Positions 39,252-49,517 of a stretch of 64,000 nucleotides of DNA are shown here, piece by piece (the stretch's first letter is position 1; every line of letters starts with the position of its first letter). Source of the stretch: Mobula birostris (Eukaryota); the NCBI RefSeq assembly GCF_030028105.1, contig NC_092392.1:21406613-21470612 (forward strand), in the 5' to 3' direction. Both the position numbers and the translations under genes were made by a program. Below the pieces are notes generated by a model. It had not been told where the DNA came from, searched no databases, and was given only the letters and a program-made list of their open reading frames with translations.

Positions 39252-40136
39252 GTAAGTATTATGCTGAACATGGTTGTGAATTAATGTATAGTGGAAAAAA
39301 ATAACAGTCAAACTAAAGAACCAAGAAGAAATATATACTGCAAAATCAAATTGAGGCTTTAGGTCAAATCTAGATCCTAGAATGTAAAGGTTTTATTTCA
39401 GAATAATTAAGCCAGAATTTAATTTTATGCCATGAACTTTGTTAGACCTTGATTGTCTTGAATACCTCAGACCTTGCAAAATAATTATTGGTTTATAAGT
39501 CAGATAGTCTTGGCCATTTCATTAACCAGTTAGGTCATTAAAAAAATATTAAACTTATGTTGCATTACAGTAAATGGTGACTATTTTTGATCCAAAACGA
39601 GTGTAATTTGACTGTTCCATAAGATTCCAGAAACTTACAATAAAAATGTACAACCAGAAATTTCATTAATGAAACTTACATTTTTCTTGCAAGAACCAAG
39701 AACCACCATTGTGCTACTTCCTGGAGAAAGTCAGCAGGTCAGGCAGCACCAATGGAAAAGAATAACCAGTTGACGATTCGGGCCAAGACCCTTGGTCAGG
39801 ACTGGAAAGGAAGAGGGAATACGTCAGAATAAAAAGCTCTTCTTCCCCTCCTCCACCTTTTTATTCTGGCATCTTCTCCCTTCCTTTCCAGTCTTGGCAA
39901 AGGATCTCGACCAGAATCATCGACTGTTCATTCATTTTCATAGATGTTGCCTGATCTGCTGAATTCCTCCAGCATTTTGTGTGTATTGCTCTGGATTTTC
40001 AGCATCTGTAGAATCTCTTGTGTTTATATTTAATACTGCTCCTTTCCAAATACCTATTTTCTTTGAAACACGAATTTGCAGCTTAAATTTTTTCGGGCCT
40101 GGGATTCCATGCACAGAATAATTTCTGCAATGTTCT

Positions 40137-40304
40137 NNNNNNNNNNNNNNNNNNNNNNNNNNNNNNNNNNNNNNNNNNNNNNNNNNNNNNNNNNNNNNNN
40201 NNNNNNNNNNNNNNNNNNNNNNNNNNNNNNNNNNNNNNNNNNNNNNNNNNNNNNNNNNNNNNNNNNNNNNNNNNNNNNNNNNNNNNNNNNNNNNNNNNNN
40301 NNNN
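40137..40304. other. Assembly gap (168 N) in ATP5F1C intron 8
   Basis: Run of n. Confidence 0.99.
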
Positions 40305-41140
40305 TCTTTGGAAGAAATGTTCTTAGAACACTTTTCATAATCTTGAATGTTTTGATCATATAGGAATTCTGCTTCTCACTCTATTTATATTTTACCAATT
40401 AAGTTGCTTTCCCTTTCCTCATCTCAGATATGTATCTGTTCGCATTTATACAACTAATTGAATCTGGCATCTAATTTTCTATTTTACATAGTTTTTAGTA
40501 GTTCACCTTGTTGTGTGTCTACTTATTATGTGCCCCTGTCTGGTTATGTTAACTCTGTTAACTCATTGCTTGAGATTTGTGTGGCATTAAATTACATTCA
40601 GTTAGAGGTTATTTGTACCTTATTATTAGTTATACTGAATGAATGCTGCTGCGATTAAACTACACACCTACATTTCTAGATATAAGGCCCTAATTAAATT
40701 GCTTATCATGGATCTTGCATTGTCTGTCTTCTGTTGCAATGGACTGGTTCATTTGAAGACAGTGTGTTTTAAGAGAGCACCCTCACTCCTGGGCTCTGGT
40801 GCCTGTTGCTAGACCCTCAACCACCCTATTTCAGATCTGTTTCTGCAGCAGACCCCACAAACCAAACTAATCAATTCCTATTGAAATTGGAAAAACCAGT
40901 TGCAGTGCACCAAGAAATGCACTGAAGAAAGGGTAGTTATTGTGAGTAATGGAATGTAAATATTATTTTTCAGCTGTTTTGTCTACATCTGCAATTTTCG
41001 TAGAGCTTTGCACACAGCTTTTAGGATCTGGTTTCCTGTTTCTGTTTGCTGTTTTGAGCTTAATTTAGCTATTGTCACAACTGCATTGCATGTATAACTT
41101 CATGAATCATTACTCTGCTTTTTGTTTCTATGATTGCAAG

Positions 41141-41177
41141 GAGTTTTTAAACTTGCAGCAACATGTAATCCATAGAG
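41141..41177 (+). CDS. ATP5F1C: Putative ATP5F1C cassette exon 9 (37 nt; coding part 41141-41150 gives ...AAALSF*)
   Basis: Pyrimidine tract plus ttgcaag acceptor; GAG|gtaata donor. Same length as the mammalian liver-type exon 9 as I recall it; TGCATG at 41087-41092. Confidence 0.65.
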
Positions 41178-41573
41178 GTAATAGTTTATTCTTGCTAATT
41201 GCTATTTTTAGTACACATGGAAAAAAGAAAAAAATCTGCTGTGTTAATCATACAACAATTGGTAGTAATGTGTGTGATAGTTTTGCTTCTAGGAATTCAA
41301 GCTATTGTAGATAGAAAAAGAATAATCAAGCTTTATTCCAATTGTAGTTGCAAATTTAATTAGCAATGCAATTAGAAGTGCTAAGGCACAAAAGGCAGAT
41401 CACATTTTGGATGTGTAAAATAAATATTTATTTTAAATGGTATTGAAGTGATTAAATTTTTGATCTGCCTAGACTATGGGGGGGGGGGGGGAGAAAAGCT
41501 AAAAGGTTTGAAAACACATTTTGTCTTCAGATAGGAAATAATCTTAAGAGGTTTGCATGTGTTGAATTTGCAG

Positions 41574-41577
41574 GTAA
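41574..41577 (+). CDS. ATP5F1C: ATP5F1C terminal exon, coding part (CT|G TAA; 292-aa precursor when exon 9 is skipped)
   Basis: tttgcag|GTAA followed by a short 3' UTR and AATAAA. An alternative acceptor ending at 41530 gives the same Leu-stop. Confidence 0.75.
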
Positions 41578-41692
41578 CAATGATGATCCAGGAAGACCTA
41601 AATGAAAAAGAATGAAATCCTCCCTGTTCGAAGATTATGATATGAAATTTCTACTGAATTTGTGGAAATCTAAAGTTTGTAAATTATCATAC

Positions 41693-41698
41693 AATAAA
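41693..41698 (+). terminator. ATP5F1C polyadenylation signal AATAAA (a second one at 41853-41858)
   Basis: AATAAA ~115 nt after the stop, followed by a T/GT-rich downstream element (ttttttgtgtt). Confidence 0.75.
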
Positions 41699-42909
41699 AC
41701 CTGACAGTGAATGACTCATTTTTGTGTTATATCTCTTTCATTGCTAACAGTTAGGTACAGTTTTCTTTGAGAGTAGCATTACATAAATCATTTCCAAGAT
41801 CTTACTGAGATTAGCCCACTGATTTTTCATGAAACATAATTGTTGATATCTCAATAAACTGCATTTTTCTTAACACTCATGGTCCACTTACTCAGTGAAT
41901 CCGTATTTTAGAAGTATGTGCTCAGGGAATACTTGCTTCAAGGACACTCAAAAGGAAGGATCATTTACCCACCTGGTACTCAGGTTGTATGATACCGGTA
42001 GAGGGTTCGAAAGAAGTTCTACACTGGTTCTTGGACTCAGTTGTTTAATTATTTTCACCCGTGCTGGAGTTAGTTACAGTAAATCCTTTTGGTTAAAACT
42101 GATCTTTTCAAGGACTATTTGTGGCACACATATGGGTGCTCCACAGAGAGGGAGTAAAGAAAAAGGGAAACTGGGAGTATGCAATAAGCCGCAGGGAATC
42201 AACTGGAGGAAGTCTAATGTGGGCAGTGAAGTGTGACAGTGGAATCTAGAGGAGTCTGCAGCCAATCAGAAGTAGTTTTATTATCACTGATACATTGTGA
42301 AATTTCTTTTACAGCAGTAGTACAGTGCAATACATTAAAAATGTATTAGCCACATAAATATTTTTTTTAATTACCATAGATGTTGCATAATCAGATTGAA
42401 TTAATTCAGAATTTGTCGATTGAAACGTCAGATTCCTAGTTTCCTGGTAATAGCAAAATACTGAAATGTAGTGAACCCAGGCAAGGAATAATACTGTCTG
42501 CTTAAGCCACCTTGATGAGCAAAGGACCTTTCAGTTGGCACTGTTGCTTTACTACCAAGGATTTGGAAACAATATGTACTTAAAAAAACAGCTTACTGAG
42601 CCATCAGTATTTTTAATCAGATGTTTCCTTTCTATTCATCTGCTTCAGAATTGGGTTTATTATCACTGGCATATGTCATGAAATTTGTTGGTTTGTGGCA
42701 GTGCAATACATAAAATATACTATAAGTTACAGTAAAAAATATTTTAAAATTAGTGCAAAAAGAGAGCAAAATTATGAACTTGGACTGTTCCAAAATCTGA
42801 TGGCAGAGGGGAAGACACTGTTTTTAAAATGTTAAGTGTGTGTCTTCAGACTCCTGTACCTCCACCCCATTGGTAGTAATGAAAAGAGGGCATGACCTGG
42901 ATGGTGAGG

Positions 42910-44097
42910 CTTTAGACCACCTGGACAACACAAACTGATGGACAACATCAACTATAGATCAGCATTTAATACCAACATTCCCATAATCCTGACTGAGAAG
43001 TTGCAGAACCTGGGCCTCTGTACCTCGCTCTGCAATTGGATCCTTGACTTAATAACTGGAAGACCATAATCTGTGGAATGGTGATAATATCTCCTCGCCG
43101 ACAATCAACACTGGTGCACCACGGGTGTTTGCTTAGCCCACTGCTCTACTCTATATACACGTGACTGTATGGCTAGGCGTAGCTAAAATACCATCTATAA
43201 ATTTGCTGATGATACAACCATTGTTGGTAGAATCTCAGGTGTTGACAATAGGGCGTACAGTAGTGAGATATGCCAACTACTGGAGTGGTGCCGCAGCAAC
43301 AACCTGGCACTCAACGTTAGTAAGTCGAAAGAGTTAATTGTGGACTTCAGGAAGGGTAAGACAAAGGAACACATACCAATCCTCATAGAGGGATCAGAAG
43401 TGGAGAGAGTGAGCAGTTTCAAGCTTCTGGGTGTCAAGATCTCTGAGAATCTAACCTGGTCCCAACATATTGATGCAATTGTAAAGAAGGCAAGACAGCG
43501 TCTGTACTTTATTATTAAAGTTTGAAGAGATCTGGCATGTCAGCAAATACACTCAAAACTTCTATAGAGGTACCTTGGAGAGCATTCTGACAGGCTGTAT
43601 CACCATCTGGTAAGGGGGGGGGGGGGCTACTGCACACGCCGAAAGAAGCTGCAGAGGGTTGTAAATCTAGTCAGCTTCATCTTTGGTACTAGCCTACAAA
43701 GTACCCAGGACATCTTCAGGGAACAGTGTCTCAGAAAGGTAGCATCCATTATTAAGGACGTCCAGCACCCAGGGCATGTCCTTTTCTCACTGTTACCATC
43801 AGGTAAGAGGTACAGAAGTCTGAAGGCACACATTCAGCAATTCAGGAACAGCTTCTTCCCCTCTGCCATCCAATTCCTAAGTGGATATTTAATCCTTGAA
43901 CCACTACCTCACTTTTTTTAAAAATACAGTATATAGTATTTCTGTTTTTTGCATTATTTTTAATCTATTTGGTATATGTATACTGTATAAGATTTATTTA
44001 TTATTTTTTTCTTCCATATTATGTATGGCATTGAACTGCTGCTACTAAGCTAACAAATTTCACGTCACATGCCGGTGATAATAAACCTGATTCTGAC
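42910..44097 (+). mobile_element. Rex1/Babar RT fragment, flanked by opposite-strand Rex1 pieces (~42645-42910 and ~44100-44470)
   Basis: KFADDTT motif near 43198; ORF 43340..43525; tail aataaacctgattctga. Confidence 0.85.
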
Positions 44098-45256
44098 GGA
44101 TGTCACTTTTTTGGAAGCATTGCCTTTTGAAGATCCCCTCAATGGTGGGGAGGCTAGTGCCTATGAAGGAGCTGGCTGAGTTTGCAACCGTCTGCAGCTT
44201 TTTCTGATCCTGTGCATTGAACCTCCATACCAGATGGTGATGCAACCATTTAGAATGCTCTACATGGTACATCTGTAGAAATTTGCTGGAGTCTGGTGAC
44301 ATACCAATTCGTCTCAAACTAATGAATTATAGCTGATGGTGTGCCTTCTTCATAATGGCATCAATATGTTGGATCCCGGATAGACCATAAGAGATGTTGA
44401 TACCTAGAATTTGAAACTGCTCACCCTTTCCACTCTGGCCCCTTGCTGAGGACTAGTGTGAGTTCTCCCAACTTCTCTTCATTATGGGTGAGTCTTATCT
44501 GGATTGCTATTCTCAGTTTCCTAATGATGACATTCAAAGGTTTAGGAGAAGGGACAGAAATGAATTTGGCAGTAAAGATTATAAATCCTCAAGGGTAGTG
44601 AATATAGGCAAAGAATAATAATAATGTCTGCTTAACCCATCTCGACCACCAGCAGAACCTTCAGGCAGCACTGCTGCTTTGTTAATGTATACAATTGAAT
44701 TAACCTGCTCTTTGTACATAAATACAATGCCAGTAGCTCAGAAAACTGTTGTTAAGCAACAGTTAATCAAGATAATATTTTCCATTAAATTCTTGGCTAA
44801 TTAAACTGATTGTTCCTGTTTTTTAATTATAACAGTACTCTTTTTCTTTTAATTCTAACAAAGAGTACCTGCAACATTTATACTTTTAGTGTTACAATTT
44901 AAGAAAATGAGCATAATTACCAGTAATTTCAACTAATCTTCATTTTCTCCTCTTTTATATAAAAAAAAGTTGTACTTCTTTAGCAACACACAGGCAATTC
45001 ATTCAGAAATCAGCCATCTTCATGACTTTGGCACTCTAGTTAAGAACCAAGACCAAGAGTGATTTCAAAGGCCTTTCAAGTCTGCCCACCATTTTAGACC
45101 ATAAGATATAGGAGCAGAATTAGTCCATTTAACTTATCAAGTTTGCTTGCTCTGCCATTTCATCATGGCTGATCCATTTTTTTTTCTTAGCCCCAAACTC
45201 CTGCATTTCACCTGTATCCTTTCATGCCTTGACCCATCAAGAAACTAGCAAACTAT

Positions 45257-46599
45257 ATCCGACACCTCCCTCCCCTTTCTAGATCTTTCTGTCTCTGTCT
45301 CTGGAGACAGCTTATCCACTGACTCTCACCTACTGACTCTCACAGCTATCTGGACTATTCCTCTTCTCACCCTGTCTCTTGCAAAAACGCCATCCCCTTC
45401 TCACAATTCCTCCGTCTCTGCCGCATCTGCTCTCAGGATGAGGCTTTTCATTCTAGGATGAGGGAGATGTCTTCCTTTTTTAAAGAAAGGGACTTCCCTT
45501 CCTCCACTATCAACTCTGCTCTTAAACGCATCTCCCCCATTTCACGTACATCTGCTCTCACTCCATCCTCTCGCCACCCCACTAGGAATAGGGTTCCCCT
45601 GGTCCTCACCTACCACCCCACCAGCCTCCGGGTCCAACATATTATTCTCCGTAACTTCCGCCACCTCCAACGGAATCCCACCACTAAGCACATCTTTCCT
45701 TCCCTCCCCCCTGCATTCCGCAGGGATCGCTCCCTACACAACTCCCTTGTCCATTTGTCCCCCCCATCCCTCCCCACTGATCTCCCTCCTGGCACTTATC
45801 CGTGTAAGCGGAACAAGTGCTACACATGCCCTTACACTTCCTCCCTTACCACCATTCAGGGCCCCAAACAGTCCTTCCAGGTGAGGCAACACTTCACCTG
45901 TGAGTCGACTGGGGTGATATACTGCGTCTGGTGCTCCCGATGTGGCCTTTTATATATTGGCGAGACCCGATGCAGACTGGGAGACCGCTTTGCTGAACAT
46001 CTACGCTCTGTCCGCCAGAGAAAGCAGGATCTCCCAGTGGCCACATATTTTAATTCCACATCCCATTCCCATTCTGACATGTCCATCCACGGCCTCCTCT
46101 ACTGTAAGGATGAAGCCACACTCAGGTTGGAGGAACAACACCTTATATTCCGTCTGAGTAGCCTCCAACCTGATGGCATGAACATCAACTTCTCTAACTT
46201 CCGCTAAGGCCCCACCTCCCCCTCGTATCCCATCTGTTATTCATTTTTATGCACACATTCTTTCTCTCACTCTCCTTTTTCTCCCTCTGTCCCTCTGAAT
46301 ATACCTCTTGCCCATCCTCTGGGTCCCCCCCCCCTTGTCTTTCTTCCCGGACCTCTTGTCCCATGATCCTCTCGTATCCCCTTTTGCCTATCACCTGTCC
46401 AGCTCTTGGCTCTATCCCTCCCCATCCTGTCTTCTCCTATCATTTTGGATCTCCCCCTCCCCCTCCAACTTTCAAATCCCTTACTCACTCTTCCTTCAGT
46501 TAGTCCTGACGAAGGGTCACGGCCTGAAACGTCGACTGCACCTCTTCCTACAGATGCTGCCTGGCCTGCTGTGTTCACCAGCAAATTTGATGTGTGTTG
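45257..46599 (+). mobile_element. Penelope-like element, 5'-truncated, with an uninterrupted linker + GIY-YIG ORF and an intact hammerhead
   Basis: ORF 45458..46207; highly similar to the 15-kb and 28-kb copies. Confidence 0.94.
46502..46537 (+). ncRNA. Minimal type I hammerhead ribozyme motif in the Penelope 3' end
   Basis: agtc-CTGACGA-agg(gtcacgg)cct-GAAA-c-GTC-gact: helix I agtc/gact, intact core, helix II agg/cct, GUC triplet (cleavage 3' of 46533). Confidence 0.75.
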
Positions 46600-48360
46600 G
46601 TAAATATACATAAAGATTAAGCTTCCACAACTGCTGACAGTGGCAAAGAATTCCACAGATTTGCCACTCTGGCTAAAGAAATCCCTCCTCATCTCTGTTC
46701 TAAAAGGACACCCTTCTATCCTGAGGCTGTGTCCTCTGGTCTTAGGCTCTCCCACCTTTGGAAACATCCTCTACACATCCAATCAAGGCCTTTCACCATT
46801 CGATAGGTTTCAATTAGGTCACCCCTCATTCCTCTGAATTCTAGTGAATACAGGCCTAAATGCTATTCAAATGGCAAGCCGTTCAATCCTGGAATCATTT
46901 TTGTGAACCTCCTTTGAACCCTCTCCAGTTTTAGCACATCCTTTCTAAGATAAGGGGCCCAAAACTGCTCACAATACTCCAAGTGAGGCCTTGCCAGTGC
47001 TTTATAAGGTCTCAACGTTAGATCCTTGCTTTTATATTCTAGTCCTCTTAAAATGAATGCTGATATTGCATTTGCCATCCTCACTACAGACTCAACCTGC
47101 AAATTAACCTTTAGGGAATCCTGCACAAAAACTCCCAAGTCCCTTTGTGTCTCCGATTTTTGTATTATTTCTCCATTTAGAAAATAGTCAACCCTTTAAT
47201 TTCTTCCACCAAAGTGCATGACCATATATTTCCCAATGCTGTATTCCATCTGCCACTTCTTTGCCAATTCTCCTAATCTAAGAACTTCTGTAGCCTCTCT
47301 GCATCCTCAAAACTACCTGCCCCTCCACTTAAATTCGTATTATCTGCAAACTTTGCAACAAAGCCATCAATACCATCATCCAAATTATTGACATACAACA
47401 TAAAAATAACTTGTCCCAATACAGACCTCTGCCGCTGCTTTATCCATGTTGGAATCTTTCCTGTAATACCATGGGCTTGTTGCTTGTTAAGCAACCTCAT
47501 AGGTGGCACCTTGTCAAAGGCCTTCTGAAAATCCAAGTACACAACATCAACCAATTCTCCCTTGTCTATCCTGCTTGTTATTTCTTCAAAGAATTCCAAC
47601 AGATTTGTCAGGCTGGAATTTCCCTTGAAGAAACCATGCTGACTATGACCTATTCTGTCATGTACCTCCAAGTACCCTGAAACCACATCCTTAACAATCA
47701 ACTACTGGCTAACTTACTTTCATATTCCATCTTTACCTTTTTAATGACTTTTTTAGTTACTTTCTGTCAGTTTTTAAAAGCTTCCCAATCCTCTAACTTC
47801 CCACTAATTTTGCTCTATTATATGCCCTCTCTTTGATTTTTATGTTGGCTTTGACTTGTATTGTTAGGCACGCACATCTTGCCTTTAGAATACTTCTTCC
47901 TCTTTGGGATGTATATATCCTGTGTCTTCCATATTGCTTCCAGAAATTCCAGTCATTGATGTTCTCCGTCCTCCCTGCCAGTGTTCTTTTCCAATCAATT
48001 CCGGCCAACTCGTCTCTCTTCCCTTTACTCCACCGTAATACTGATACATCTGACTTTAGCTTCTCCTTCTCAAATTTCATTGTAAATTCATTCATATTAT
48101 GATCTCTCTCCCCTTAGGTTTCTTTTTAGATCCAGATCCCGAATCTGGGCCGTACCCTCCAAATATCCAGACCTGCCTCTCGTTTTTTTTTGCACTACCT
48201 TACTTCCCATTTTTCTATTTTCTATTTATGATTTATAATTTAAATTTTTAATATTTACTATCGATTTGTAATTCAGGGAGCGGGAAGGGCAGAATCAAAT
48301 ATCGCTGTGATGATTGTATGTTCTAGTATCAATTGTTTGGCGACAATAAAGTATAAAGTA

Positions 48361-49517
48361 GATTAGATTAGATTCAACTTTATTGTCATTGTGCCGAGTA
48401 CAGATACAAAGCCAATGAAATGCAGTTAGCATCTAACCAGAAATGCAAAGAATAGTGTTATTTACAAAATAACTGCAAATAAAAAGTAAGTGCTACAGCA
48501 CACAAATATAAAAGTACAGAGACGTACAATATGGGTGCAATACTGCTTAGCACTGTGATGTGAGATTCAGCAGGGTCACAGCCTCAGGGGAGAAGCTCTT
48601 CCTGTGCCTACTGGTGTGGGAGCGGAGGCTCCTGAAGCGCCTACCGGATGGGAGGAGAGTAAAAAGTCCATGGTTAAGGTGAGATGCTTCCTTGATAATG
48701 CTTTTCGCCCTGCCCAGGCAGCGTTTATGGTAGATGTTCTCAATGGTGGGCAATTGGGTGCCGATAATCCGCTGGGCAGTTTTCACCACACGCTGGAGTG
48801 CTTTGTGGTCTAATATGGGACAATTGCCATACCACACTGAGATGCAGTTGGTGAGTATGCTGTCACTGGTACAGCAGTAAAAGTCAGTCAGTATCCTGGG
48901 ACAGAGGTGAGCTTTCTTGATACTCCGCAGGAAATAAAGGCGCTGTTGCACCTTTTTGATCAGGACGGAGGAGTTCAGGGACCAGGTGAGATCCTCGGAA
49001 ATGGGGACACCAAGGAATTTGAAGCTTGATACATGCTTCACTACAGCTCCGTTGATGTAGATGGGGACCTCAGTGTGGCTCCTAGCATGCCTGATGTCCA
49101 CAATGATCTCCTTGGTCCTCTGGGTGTTAAGGGCTGGACCTCGTCCCTGTAGGCTGTCTCATCATGCCCTCTGATCAGGCCAACCACCATGGTGTCTGCG
49201 AACTTGATTATGGAGTTAGAGCCATGTACAGGAACGCAGTCATAGGTGAAAAGGGAGTACAGAAGAGGGCTCAGCACACAGCCTTGAGGCACAGGGTGAG
49301 AGTGGAGGAGGAGAGGTTGTCTAACTTAACTGATTGGGGTCTGTTAGTCAGAAAGCCCAAGGTCCAATTGCAGAGGAATGAGCTGATACCAAGCTGGCGA
49401 AGTTTGGCAATCAGCTTGGAGGGGATCACAGTATTGAATGCCAAACTAAAGTCAATGAACAGCATTCTGACGTAAGAGTTAGGACTGTCCCAGGTGGGTC
49501 AGGGCAGAGTGAAGTAC
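48361..49517 (-). mobile_element. Rex1/Babar RT element inserted in the CR1, tail-to-tail with a plus-strand non-LTR 3' end (48127-48360)
   Basis: ORFs 49271-49465 ([15 protein letters not shown]), 49041-49292 ([15 protein letters not shown]...KFAD) and 48547-49101; (AATCT)n tail. Confidence 0.9.

Noticed and set aside
40054-40363. ORFs with poly-X
   Set aside because: Artefacts of the N gap.
40404-40433. Strong acceptor-like ttgctttccctttcctcatctcag in intron 8 as exon 9
   Set aside because: No convincing donor or nearby RBFOX motif; the 41141-41177 candidate fits better.
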